Below the pieces are notes generated by a model that was not told the origin of the DNA, made no database searches, and saw nothing but the letters and a program-made list of their open reading frames with translations. From assembly GCF_018350175.1 (NCBI RefSeq), contig NC_058383.1, positions 25,360,001 to 25,424,000 of the forward strand: a stretch of DNA of 64,000 nucleotides, given 5' to 3'. Below, piece by piece: positions 9,386 through 21,941 of this stretch. The position numbers and the translations under genes were made by a program. The DNA comes from Felis catus. Taxonomy: Eukaryota. Positions within the stretch are counted from its first letter, which is position 1. Each line of letters opens with the position of its first letter.

Positions 9386-12300
9386 ATGGCAATAAATTCA
9401 TATCTTTCAGTACTCACTCTAAATGTCAATGGACTCAATGCTCCAATCAAAAGACATAGGGCAACAGAATAGATAAGAAAACAAGACCCATGTATATGCT
9501 GTTTACAAGAGACCCACTTTAGACCTAAAGACACCTACAGATTGAAAATAAGGGGATGGAGAACTATCATGCTAATGGTCAACAAAAGAAAGCCGGAGTA
9601 GCCACACGTATATCCGACAATCTAGACTTTAAAATAAAGATTGTATAAAGAGATGCAGAAGGGGGGCGCCTGGGTGGTGCAGTCGGTTAAGCGTCCGACT
9701 TCAGCCAGGTCACGATCTCGTGGTTCGTGAGTTCGAGCCCCGCGTCGGGCTCTGGGCTGATGGCTCAGAGCCTGGAGCCTGTTTCTGATTCTGTGTCTCC
9801 CTCTCTCTCTGCCCCTCCCCCGTTCATGCTCTGTCTCTCTCTGTCCCAAAAAATAAATTAAAAAAACGTTGAAAAAAAAAAAAAAGAGATGCAGAAGGGC
9901 ATTATATCATATCAAGGGGTTTATAGACCAAGAAGACCTAACAATTGTAAAAATTTATGTGCCAAATGGGGAGGTACCCAAATATATAAATCAATTAATC
10001 ACAAACATAAAGAAACTCATCGATAGTAATACCGTAAGAGTAGGAGACTTCAACACCCCACTCACAGCAATGGACAGATCATCTAACCAAAAAATCAACA
10101 AGGAAACAGTGGCTTTGAATGACACTTGGACCAGATGGACTTAACAGATATATTCAGAACAATTCATCCTAAAGCAGCAGAATATACATTCTTCTCCAGT
10201 GCACGTGGAACGGTCTCCAGAATAGACCATATACTGGGACACAAATCAGCCCTAAGTAAGTACAAAAAGATCAAGATCATACCGTGCATATTTTCAGACC
10301 ACAATGCTATGAAACTCGAAATCAAGCACAAAAAAAAAAAAAATGTGGAAAGCTACCAAATACTTGGAGACTAAAGAACATCCTACTAAAGAATAAATGG
10401 GCTAAACAAGCAGTTAAAGAAGAAATTAAAAAGTATATGGAAGCCAATGAAAATGATAGCACCACAACCCAAAACCTCTGGGACGCAGCAAAAGAGGTCA
10501 TAAGAGGAAAGTATATAGCAATCCAGGCCTTCCTAAAGAAGGAAGAGGATCTCAGATACACAACCTAACCTTACGCCTTAAGGAGCTGGAAAAAGAACAG
10601 CAAATAAAACCCAAAACCAGCAGAAGACAGGAAATAATAAAGACTAGAGCAGAAATTAATGCTATCGAAACCAAAAAAACAGTAACAGATCGGTGAAACC
10701 AGAAGCTGGTTCTTTGAAAGAATTAACAAAATTGATAAACCACTAGCCAGTTTGATCAAGAAGAAAAAGGAAAGGACCCAAATAAGTAAAGTCAAGAATG
10801 AAAGAGAAGAGATCGCAACCAACACAACAGAAATAAAAACAATAATAAGAAAATACTATGAGCAATTATATGCCAATAAAATGGGCAATCTGGAAGAAAT
10901 GGACAAATTCCTAGAAACATATACACTACAAAAACTGAAACAGGAAAAAATAGAAAATTTGAACAGACCCATAACCAGTAAGGAAATCGAATTAGTAATC
11001 AAAAATCTGCCAAAAAACAGGAGTCCAGGGCCAGATGGCTTTCCAGGGGAATTCTACCAAACATTTAAGCAATAGTTAACACCTATTCTCTTGAAGCTGT
11101 TCCAAAAAATAGAAATGGAAGGAAAACTTTCAAACTCTTTCTATGAAGGCAGCATTACCCTGATTCCATAACCAGACAGAGACCCCCCAAAAAAGGAGAA
11201 CTATAGACCAATTTCCCTGATGAACATGGATGCAAAAATCCTCAACAAGATATTAGCCAACCAGATGCAACAATACATTAAAAAAATTATTCACCATGAC
11301 CAAGTGGGATTCATACCTGGGATGCAGGGCTGGTTCAATATCCGCAAAACAATTAACGTGATTCATCACGTCAATAAAAGAAAGGACAAGAACCATATGA
11401 TCCTCTCAATAGATGCAGAGAAAGCATTTGACAAAATACAGCATCCTTTCTTGATAAAAACCCTTAAGAAAGTAGGGATATAAGGAGCATACCTCGAGAT
11501 GATAAAAGCCATATACGAGAGACCCAATGCTAATATCATCCTCAATGAGGAAAAACTGAGAGCTTTCCCCCTAAGGTCAGGAACAAGACAGGGATGTCCA
11601 CTCTCACCACTGTTATTCAACACAGTATTGGAAGTCTTAGCCTCTGCAATCAGACAAGACAAAGAAATAAAAGGCATCCAAATTGGCCAGGAGGAGGTCA
11701 AACTTTCACTCTTTGCAGATGACATGATACTCTATATGGAAAACCCAAAAGATTCCACCAAAAAACTGCTAGAATTGATTCATGAATTCAGTAAAGTTGC
11801 AGGATATAAAATCAACACACAGAAATGGACCCACAAACGTATGGGCAACTAATGTTTGACAAAGCAGGAAAGAATATCCAATGGAATAGAGTCTCTTCAG
11901 TAAGTGGTGCTGGGAAAACTGGATGGCAACATGCAGAAGAATGAACCTGGACCACTTTCTTACACCATACACAAAAATAAAGTGGGTGAAAGACCTCAAT
12001 GTAAGACAGGAAGCTATCAAAATCCTTGAGGAGAAAGCAGGCAAAAACCTCTTTGATCTTGGCCACAGCAACTTCTTACTCAACATGTCTCTGGAGGCAA
12101 GGGAAACAAAAGCAAAAATGAACTACTGGGACCCCATCAAAATAAAAAGCTTCTGCACAATGAAGGAAACAATCAGCAAAACTAAAAGGCAACCGACAGA
12201 ATGGGAGAAGATATTTGCAAACAACATATCAGATAAAGGGTTAGTATCCAAAATGTATAAAGAACTTATCAAAGTCAACACCCAAAAAACAAAGAATCCA

Positions 12301-12913
12301 GTGAAGAAATGGGCAAAAGACATGAATAGACATTTCTCCAAAGAAAACATCCAGATGGCCAACTGACACATGAAAAAAATACTCCACATCACTCATCACC
12401 CAGGAAATACAAATCAAAACCACAATGAGATACCACCTTACACGTATCAGAATGGCTAACATTAACAACTCAGGCAACACAGATGGTGGCGAGGATGCGG
12501 AGAAAGAGGATCTCTTTTGCATTGTTGCTGGCAATGCAAGCTGGTGCAGCCACTCTGGAAAATGGTATGGAGGTTCCTCAAAAAACTAAACAAAGAACTA
12601 CCCTACGACCCAGCAATTGCACTACTAGACATTTATCCACGGGATACAGGTATTCTGTTTCGAAGGGATATATGCACCCCCATGTTTATAGCAGCACTAT
12701 CAACAATAGCCAAAGTATGGAAAGAGCTCAAATGTCCATCGATGGATGAATGGATAAAGAAAATGTGGTGTATATATATACAGTGGGGTATTACTTGGCA
12801 ATCAAAAAGAATGAAATCTTGCCATTTGCAACTACATGGATGTAACTGGAGGGTATTATACTAAGTGAAATTAGTCAGAGAAAGACAAAAATCATATGAC
12901 TTCACTCATATGA
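9386..12913 (+). pseudogene. L1 ORF2p (endonuclease/RT), disrupted
   Basis: [31 protein letters not shown] motifs; stops, frameshifts, SINE insertion and internal deletion. Confidence 0.96.
9663..9882 (+). mobile_element. Young CpG-rich cat-type SINE inserted in the L1 endonuclease region
   Basis: Near-consensus, many CpGs; perfect 16-bp TSD aaagagatgcagaagg at 9647-9662 and 9883-9898. Confidence 0.97.
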
Positions 12914-14489
12914 GGACTTTAAGAGACAAAACAGATGAACATAAAAGAAGGGAAACAAAAATAATACAAAAACAGGGAGGGGAACGAAACTGAAGAGACT
13001 CATAAATATGGAGAACAAACAGAGGGTTACTGGAGGGGTTGTGGGAGGGGGGATAGGGTAAATGGGTAAGGGGCATTAAGGAATCTACTGAAATCATTGC
13101 TTCACTATATACTAATTTGGATGTAAATTTTAAAAAATAAAAAATAAAGTTAAATTTAAAAAGTATGGTTCTTGAATGAAAATGAACACATAAGTATGTG
13201 TATGTGACTCAGTTTCTTCCTAAAGAAAAATCTATGTTATAGTGATTGGGAAAATAGATGAAATGCTACATAGAAAGCATTTACAAGTGCTTGATGAACG
13301 GTATAGCTACTTTACAACTTCTTTTACTAATCAGAAAATTCATAGTTATTAATTCTTAGAGGCAGGACACAAACCAAGTGAGTCTGATCCCAAAACTTGT
13401 GTCTCTCCTACAACACCTACGAGCTCCAAAGGAAGGATCTACTGCATGGAGAATCTGAACCCAGACAGCTTAAAAGACTTTTATAAATTCCCACCATATC
13501 AGCATTGGACATAGGGCGCTCTGGATCTCAAAGTATCAACAAATATACACACCACCGACCAGAGGATGAAGCTTCTGTAACACCCAGTCTTTTGGGCTTG
13601 CAGACGTCCCCAACCAGTGGATTTTCCTGTTATTTATGCCAATTCAATCTGATTGCAGTTTTATTACCTGGGTGGAAATGCAGCCACAAAAGTGTTGATA
13701 AAGCTGTCACAGCAAGATGGAGATAGTAAGTCTCATTAATATTAAGAAGAGAACAAACCCATAAATAAGAGATTATCAAGTGAATAAGATAGTCTCTCCT
13801 CCAACTTCTAACAAATCTCGTGTGCAAAACCATGTAATTTCCCCAGGCGTCCTCCCTGCCAGCCAGATGTATAGAAAATGAATTGTGCAGGAGGGGAATT
13901 GATATGCAGAACAAGGAGCTGGCAAAATAATTAGAGCCGTGAGGCTCCCTCAGTCTTGCTGTTTATTTGAGAAGTCACCAAGTAGAATCACGGGGTCTGG
14001 ATCACACTGATTATGTAACACATCGGTCCTTGAAAAGAGCCTGGAGATGATGGAGAGGTGATGGGAGTACGCCGTGAAGGTGAAGGCAGAACCAGGCCTG
14101 ACCCCCTGAACAGCTAAAGGCCACCTTCCCAGATAGGTAAGACCAGGTGCTGCCCCGTGCTGGCACTGCCCTCCCTAGCATAGTCACATGCCCCTACCCA
14201 TTCTGCCCACTGAGGGACCAGCCTCCTGCCTGCCTCTCACTATGTGGCTCAGTCATCCAGACATTCCTCTGCAGATGACCACACTCAAAACCATCTGCAG
14301 GTTGAGGCTAAGTACTAAATCAAAGTTTTATTAAGTTGCTAAAACCTGACTAAGAGCCACTTGCCTACAGGGACTGGTTGGGTCTGTATCTCCAGGCGGC
14401 CCCAGATAAATGGCTGGTGTGAAGTAGGGGATCTAGAGATACTCATTGCTTGGAATTGAGTAAAGCCACCAACAAAATATTCCTAACGG

Positions 14490-14905
14490 AGTCGAGAGAG
14501 AGGAAGGACAGAGGAAAGGTGAAAGAGTGAGGGGAAGGAGGAGGGCAGACAAAGTGCCAAAGATGCCTGAATGTGCACTGAGCAAATAGATGGAGGAGGA
14601 GCAGAGACAGAGAAGGGAAGAGACAAGAAGTGGGCAGAGACCAGAGGACAGAGGGGAGGCAGAGGTGAGTGGAATCTGAACTGAGGAGATGGGCCAGAGC
14701 AGATGGGGCGGAGACACAGACAGAGAGAAGAGGCCGGTGGGGGACACAGGGCCGGCAGCAAGGCATGCAAAGAAAGACACACAGTGCAGATGCACTGAAA
14801 GAGAGATGGACACAGACCCCCACACAGTGCAACAGTGTCCCAGAGACAGAAAGACCAGGGCCAAGGCTTGAGAAGAAACTGGGGGAGGGAGGGTTTGGAA
14901 GGGTA
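14490..14905 (+). repeat. Purine-rich (GA/GACA) low-complexity tract
   Basis: Strong purine skew; produces spurious S/L/P-rich ORFs on the minus strand. Confidence 0.7.
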
Positions 14906-16409
14906 AAAGACTCTCCCAGTCTCCCATGGGAATCCACATTCTCTCAGTTTGGTGTTCTTTCTACTGAACTAAGTACCTGATAGAGAAATGACCTAAGAAA
15001 AAATGTCTTTCTGGAAGAAATGTGTCCCGAAATTCTGGGAGCCCATTACTCAGGCGGTGGGAAATATCCTTCATCTGCAGGCTTCCTGCCACCTTTCCTG
15101 TGGAGCTGGAGACCTGGATTTGCATCCTAGCCCCAGAAAGCCTGGGTGGGGGCTGACCCTTCTGGGCTCCGGGCTCCTCAGGGGGTTACCTGTGACCAGG
15201 AGCACACTCCCTCCCAGAGTTTTAAAAAAGATCAGCTCAAATAACACCATTAAAACCCTCCACATAGTCCATCGCCCTATAAGAACATCCAGTGACAAAG
15301 GTGAGAACTTGGTTTGATTTGGGGTAACTCCTATTTTGATTGATTCTCATCCCCCCTTCTCTCTTTCTCCTCCTCTTCAACCTCCTTTTCCCCTCCCCCA
15401 CCCACAACTCCCCTTCTCTTTCCAATCCCCACCACATATTCACATCTGATTCCTATTCCAAAGAGACCTTGACTTCAGCCCTCAGGTCATGAAATATTCA
15501 ATTCACTTGGACACTTTTTAATTAATCTGGGGTTTGATTCAGGCCATTGCGCCTTGACTTCTACCTCTATAACCCTTTCCTGGATCCAATTAGCTGGCTT
15601 TGAGCACTGCCTCGGAGACTGAGACAAGAGTCCCTCACTCTCTGGGAATGGGTTTGCTGAGGCATCTGCAAACATTCTCCTTGCCATCCCTCCATGCGTG
15701 CCTGGAAGAGGTAGCAAGTGAGATAAGATCTGTACATAGGAAAGTCAAAGGTGACTTTTGAAGGATAAGAAAAGAAAAATGCAAGCCAAAAGCAACTGAC
15801 AGCTCAGGCAGCAAATATCCAGATGATGAACAGGCTGCTGGATCAGGGATACAGATGTTCCATCTGAATTCCATAGTTGTCCTCACCTGACTCTTTTCAG
15901 CAACCCCACCTCCCGTATGGACTCAATTATCACAGGATTCATTTGCACTTGTTGACATTATGCTCTGTTAAAAAAAAAAGTGGGCTTTTCATTGCTATTA
16001 TTATATTTATTGTGCTGGTAGGTTTTGTCCCACAGACTGAGTCCGAAATAAAATCAAAGTGATGCACATAAGACTTTTAGCACAGTGTCAGGCACACGTT
16101 AAGTGTTCGACAAAGAATTGATGGGCTATTGTCATAATCATTATCACCATATTTATGTTGGGGACAGATCTGGTTTTCTGTTCTTCCTGTAATGGGTCAC
16201 ACAATACCCAGCACTCAGGTGGTTCCTAATAAGGTTTGCCAAGAAGCTATGGACTGTTTTTGACATTGACAACACAATTCCCAAAATAGGCCGTGTGTGC
16301 CACAGGAGTCTCCCTTCTTCCCTAAACTCCAATTCAGTCATCTGACAAATATTTACTAGGTACCTAATGAATTCCAGGGTTCTTGCCTTCAAAAAGGTTA
16401 AGCCATAGC

Positions 16410-16690
16410 ACTTATTCCTGACAATGACAATGGCAGATCTTTATAGCACATAGTACAGTCAGACACTGTTCTCAGATTCTTACTGCATCAACACACTTAA
16501 TCCTTATAACTGGTCTGTGAGGAAGGCACTACTGTAACTCTCATTTTATATTTTATGTATATATAGACTGAGGCCCAGAGAAGTAGATTAGTCTGCCCAA
16601 AGCCACACAGCAATGAGCAGCAAAGTTGGGATTTAAACACAGGCACTTTGGCTTCAGAGTCCACACAATCAACCACCAAGCAATGCTGTG
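16410..16690 (-). mobile_element. MIR
   Basis: actgaggcccagagaag..gcccaaagccacacagc..gggatttaaacacaggc core. Confidence 0.75.
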
Positions 16691-16764
16691 TCATTTGGTA
16701 CACATTGCTTTTTTATGTTAGCAAATTTTTTTCATTTGTTTATACAAATAGATTAGAATATCTT

Positions 16765-16985
16765 TAAACTCTATAGACAGAGGAAGCAGATTAGTGGTTG
16801 CCAGAGGCCAGGGAGAGGAGGAGTGAGGTGTGACCACTAATGGGTATGGAGTTCCCATTTGGGAAGACATGAAAGTTCTGGAACTGGATATTGACGGTGG
16901 TTGCACAACATTGCAACTTAGCATCATTGAGTTAGGCACTTCAAAACAGTTAAAATGGTAGATTTTATGTTCGGGAAATTTTACA
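16765..16985 (+). mobile_element. Old L1 (L1MB-like) 3' fragment followed by (CA)n
   Basis: agattagtggttgccagagg..ggtggttgcacaacattg..aaaatggtagattttatg. Confidence 0.75.
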
Positions 16986-17529
16986 CACACACACACACAC
17001 ACGCCCCTCAAAAATACTGTTCTAATCCTGAAGTGTGGGGCTGTCTTACGTCCTTCATAGCTCTACAGTGCCTGGAATTGAAAAGTTCTCATACATTTCT
17101 TTATCAGTTGATGGATTGGCAAATGGTCTTAGAAATAGGGTTTGCTTTGCTTTTGTTTTTTGGGGTTTTTTTATCATCACCACTCTTGTGGTTATTAAAA
17201 ACAGAGCCCTTTTAGGAGTGCATAAGGTTCCCACCCATCTATGAACAACTGGACCTGATAGTGCTAGTTCTGAGGGTGAGGAGCCAGGAGTTCAGCACCA
17301 GGGGCTGGAAGACCAGGCAAGGTGCTTCCCCAGAAGTGTGACACAAAGGAGGAAGATGGCATTTAGATGGAGTTGAGAAGGGAGAATTCAGAGCTGGAGG
17401 AACAACTCAAACTTGAGGTCTGAGGGGCAAACCCAGGGCTGAAAACAGAAAACCACCTCAGCATCAGGAATTGAAAGAATCGGAAGCCTTTGCGGGAAGC
17501 AGAATACAGTAATAATATAAAATAACAAT

Positions 17530-18170
17530 CACAGTGAATTAAACCCTTAGATAGTGCTTTCCACATGCCAGATATTGTTTCTAGGATGTTCACGTATCAC
17601 CTCATTTATTCTTTATTACCATTATTAGTGCCCCCATTTTACATATAAAGAAACAAAGACACAGAGAAGTTAGGAGACTTGCCCCAGGTCATACAGTTGG
17701 CAAGTGGCAGAATTTGGATCCCAAGCCAAGTGGTCTGGAGCCAGAGACTGACTCTCAAACACCAGAGTTAAGGAGTTAATCTGGAGTTAAGATTCTGGTC
17801 CTGCTGAGGGCTAATTGCTGGCCTGATGAGATGAGAGGCCCATTGGAGGTTAAGGATATAGTTCACACCCAGACCTCATGGCCCTGGGCTCATAAAGGGA
17901 TAAGTCTTCTGTCTACCAATACGCAGAAATAGGCAAGGGCAGTGGTTAGAAACATGGACTCCGACCTCGAAGGCTGGTGTTGGATCAGCTCTGACACTTA
18001 GCAGCCCTGAAATTTTGGGCAATAACTTCATGCCTTTCTGCCTCAGTTTCCTCATCAAAAATGGGGATAAAATAGTTCCTACCTCATAGAGTTGCCGTGA
18101 TTATCACATGGCTTGACTTCTGTAAAGCATTGAGAACACCACCTGGCATACAGTAAGCAGAATGTGAACA
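17530..18170. mobile_element. Two MIRs in opposite orientations (~17530-17760 and ~17935-18170)
   Basis: cagagaagttaggagacttgccccaggtcatacag and gcctcagtttcctcatcaaaaatggggataa cores. Confidence 0.75.
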
Positions 18171-19593
18171 CTAAGTAAACAATGCTTTAGAGAAAATAGC
18201 CACAATGTCATGTATCTTGGGGGTATGGATGTGGGGTGGGGGCACTGGGAAAGCAATGACCAGACCAGGAGATCTTGTACATTTTACCTTTAACAAAGGA
18301 AACCCAATTCTTGGCTGAAAAAGAACTGGTGACTGGTGTCAAACTGAAACTTACTCTTCTGCCTCAAGTCACTGAGCCACGTGTGTACCCACAGTTCCTG
18401 TGTTCCTCCTCCGTGCTCCCCATCCATGCCAGGGAAGGAGGGGCTGCTGAGTGGCCTGCCTCAAGCTGCCCACGTGGTGATATTTAATTAATCTGTTCGT
18501 TTGATCCTTGTGTTTCCTCAGTGGCTCACTTTCCGTGGGGCTCCCTGCGGTTTGAATATAGTAAAATTCAGCCCTAATTAAAATTGTTGAAACACCAGCA
18601 GTCTCCGTTAATAAAACATCAGAATGAAACTGGATTTCTTTTTTTGAACAGCCTTTCTTAAAATCTCTGAGAAGGTGGGCAGAATGAGCCCAGGTGGAAA
18701 AGAAAAAGTTAAGAAACTTTCTGTTGCCAAGTGTGTGAAGATGGCATTTCTAATTCTCTCCTGGTCTGGGGCTAGAGGCCAATCCTTTATGGCAGAAAGA
18801 GTCGTAGAGTCTGTGTCCAGACATCTCCTATAACAAACTTCCTTAGCTAATCGAATCCCCTCTTAGGGTTTTAGTTTCTCCACCTGCAAAATGGGGACAC
18901 CAGACCAGCTTTAACACTCTATTGTCTGGGAACATCAAGTTGTCAAATCCTTGGATTTGGCCAAATTGAGCAACTTTTGAGCCTGTCAGGACAGGGCTGA
19001 AGGACCATCTGCCTCCCCAGACACTTCTCTCCTGTTGCCACCCTGAGAAAAAGGCCATAAGCAGTTCCTTCTACCCAAGTCACTGTGCCTTGGGTCAAGT
19101 AAACTGCCTCTGGTCAATAGGGACTGGATCAGAGATTAGATTCCCAGCTCCTGGCAGCAATGTAAATCCAAATAAGGGTCTGATAAGGCCTCCATCTGCA
19201 GGATTCTCTACATTTGGTGGAACCAGCCAGATCTATCCAGATCCTCCCTCCTAGAAGAGTTTTATCTGCTCCTCTCCCCAGGCTGAGGGGAGGAGAAGCA
19301 GGGGCAGTTTGGCCAGGGCTACAAGAATGAACAATGGCCAGACAAAGCTGCCTGTCGAATCCTACCAGTACCTTCCTGCCATATACCAGCTACATGACTT
19401 TGGATGAAAATGCTGGGTACCTTTTCTGTGCTTCAGTTTGCTTATATGAAATGGGGATAAATCCCTTGTTCATATGGCTGTTATGAGGATTAATAAGATA
19501 ACCAATGTCCATTATGTGACACAGGGTCTGACATATATTAGGTCCCCAGTAATGGATAGCTGTGGTTACCACTGATGGCAGTAGATGAAGAAA

Positions 19594-19598
<5 letters not shown>

Positions 19599-19654
<56 letters not shown>
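19599..19654 (+). repeat. (GA)n microsatellite, about 28 units
   Basis: Read directly. Confidence 0.97.
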
Positions 19655-19660
<6 letters not shown>

Positions 19661-20999
19661 AAAGCTAGAGAGACACAGAGAAGGCAAATGGCAAGAATGG
19701 TCCTAAAGATGAAGGCCCTGGCTTGCATGCTTGCAAGCTCTCAGCCTTGAGCTCAAGCGGGAAGCTACGCCCTTTCCTTTTCCAGCCATAGAGCATGTGA
19801 TAGACCCAAGCTAATCAGAGCTTCACATTCTCCCTGCCATTATGATCGCTCTAGAAGTGAGCACAATACCAAAGTCAGCCTGCCCAGGCTCACTCTGTAA
19901 TACCCAGGTTAAAGAGTTCAGTCTCTTCTCCAGTTTATATGCAAAATCAAATCCCACGGACTCTTTTGTGATTTCTGAGGACTTTCAGAAATTTGCTGGG
20001 TGGGTCATGGGAAAGGATCACATCACAAAGCAACTGGCTTTCCACTATATCTCACTATCTTCTCCGTGCCTGAAACTTACCATGTTCCCTTCTTGTAGCT
20101 CCCCTCCTCCCCAGAGCAACCCTGGAAATCCACCCAGGTACTCCCAAGAATAAACTTCAGCCCTGAACATGAACGAATGTGTTTTCCCAACAAAGTTTTC
20201 TAAACAGAAATTCTGGTTAAATCAAATGTCCTCTGTCTTACTTTGTGAGTCAAGTGCCAGGTAAGCCCTCCATCAGCAGAGGACATTGTCATAGCATTTC
20301 CTGGGCAGGAAGTAAGACGGACATAGCATTGTCTGATCCCCTTCATTTTGCTTGGACATTGCCCACACACCTGGAATCAACATCTCAGGCAGAAAGAGGA
20401 AAAGGTTTTCTACCCTGGTTCCTGGAGCAAAGAGACTGTGAGGCTTTCAACTGACTTAGGGTTTTAGGGTTTTCAGGTCTCACTGTTGCCAGAATCACCA
20501 AGGTTAAACATTCCAAATGAGAACTGGAATTAATAACACAGCAGTGGCCTTACACTGACCATGGGTTCCCTCTGCTACTTAATAGAATGATTCATTTGAA
20601 CTGCCTCCCCCTTCCTTGATGGCAAGGGGCCTGCTTCTCTCCCTGCCAGTCCTTCCCTTTCTAGGAAAAGATGAGAGGAGGTTATTGAATTCTGATATAT
20701 CATCCTGGCAGCAGCGTCAATAGAGAGAGACAGATGTGAGAACAGAACACAGAGCCCCATATACATCCTTTGCAGTCCTCCCACCCCTTCTTCCTTTTCT
20801 CAGCAAATCTACTCAGCTCCCCCTCCCCCAGGGAAGCTAAGAGTTCATTATGAACAGCAGCCAAGAGTCAATAAATACATGGCTGAGATTTCAGTCACCT
20901 ACTGTGGCTGTCTTCACCACCAACAAAGTAATTGCATGGTCCCAGACTGGTTAGTGGGGTGGGGATGAGTGGCAGGGAGCTCAAAAAAGCTTTACAGCC

Positions 21000-21580
21000 A
21001 GAAAGATCTTCTCATAAGGCAAACCTGATCATGTCAAACATCTCCACCCCACTTAAAATTGTTCAATGGCCCCACATTGTTTCTAGGATAAAGACTGAAA
21101 CATTCAATATGGCTTACAAGATTCTACAAAGTCTGGACCCTGATGACCTGTCTAACCTCATATCCAAACATACTCACCACCCCATTCTCAATCACTCCAG
21201 CCATACTGATAATGTCTTTCATTCTTTCAGTGGCTTAGGGGGCCTCCAGAGCTCAGATCAAATATCACATGCTCACTTTGGTATGAACCCTACCCTAATA
21301 TATTCAAATAGCCTTGCCCTTCACTGCATTTGTCACAGCCTGAGATTTTTATATTTTCTTATCTAATGATTGAGATGATGCTCTCTTTACCTGCTGCCAT
21401 GCAGGCTCCATGTTTTGTTCATCAACTATCTCCAGTTTCTAGCACAAGACCTGGCAAGAGCGGTACATGGAGCAAATCACAGAGCAGTCATTATTCAGCA
21501 CCTACTACATGCCAGGCACTGTTCAAGGCACTTAGGGATACACAAGTGAATAAAACTGACAACGTGCTGTTTTGAGGAGC
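21000..21580. mobile_element. L2 fragments
   Basis: caatggccccacattg..taggataaa..atggcttacaag; cacctactacatgccaggcactgtt. Confidence 0.65.
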
Positions 21581-21723
21581 TTATATTTGAGGTCATTCCC
21601 CTGTCATGCTGCAGGATACTTATAGAGCAATATTCACCATGGAAATATCTCCATTTGTGGAGATAGAATAGATAGATAGAATAGAACTCTATTCTAAGTT
21701 GTGACAAGAATGAAAAGCACACA

Positions 21724-21941
21724 GGGGCACCTGGGTGGCTCAGTAGGTTAAGCATCCATGTTTTGACTTCGGCTCAGGTCACAATCTCATGGTTTGTGAG
21801 TTCAAGTCCTGCTCGGGATCCATGCTTACAGTGTGGAGCCCACTTGGGATTCTCTCTCTCCCTCTCTCTTCCCCTCCCTGCTTGTGCTCTCTTTCTCTCT
21901 CAAAATACATAAACTTTTTTAAAAAATGTTAAAGAAAAAAA
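21724..21941 (+). mobile_element. Can-SINE
   Basis: TSD aagaatgaaa(a/t)gcacaca at 21706 and 21942. Confidence 0.95.

Larger units (their letters stand above)
6155..13157 (+). mobile_element. Near full-length felid LINE-1 (copy 1), inactive; carries a SINE insertion and a ~0.5 kb ORF2 deletion
   Basis: ggggga..ccaagatggc 5' end, ~2.1 kb 5' UTR, ORF1 and ORF2 fragments in ORF track, G-rich 3' UTR, A tail; TSD aaagt(gc/at)ggttctt at 6141-6154 and 13160-13173. Confidence 0.97.

Noticed and set aside
9112..9459. YIYIYI ORFs and CRISPR-like repeat/spacer periodicity
   Set aside because: Translation of a (TA)n microsatellite; eukaryotic DNA, no unique spacers and no cas genes.
11810..11835. ORF2 deletion as a spliced L1 integrant or an in-frame short ORF2
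   Set aside because: No GT..AG boundaries can be placed. The 507-bp span in copy 2 includes a 1-nt frameshift, so the join is out of frame.
13030..13075. G-quadruplex-prone tract as a novel element
   Set aside because: G-rich tracts are a well-known general feature of mammalian L1 3' UTRs; also present at ~58550-58590.
14433..14980. Overlapping 164-168 aa ORFs
   Set aside because: By-product of a purine-skewed low-complexity tract lacking stops; S/L/P-biased, no recognisable domain.
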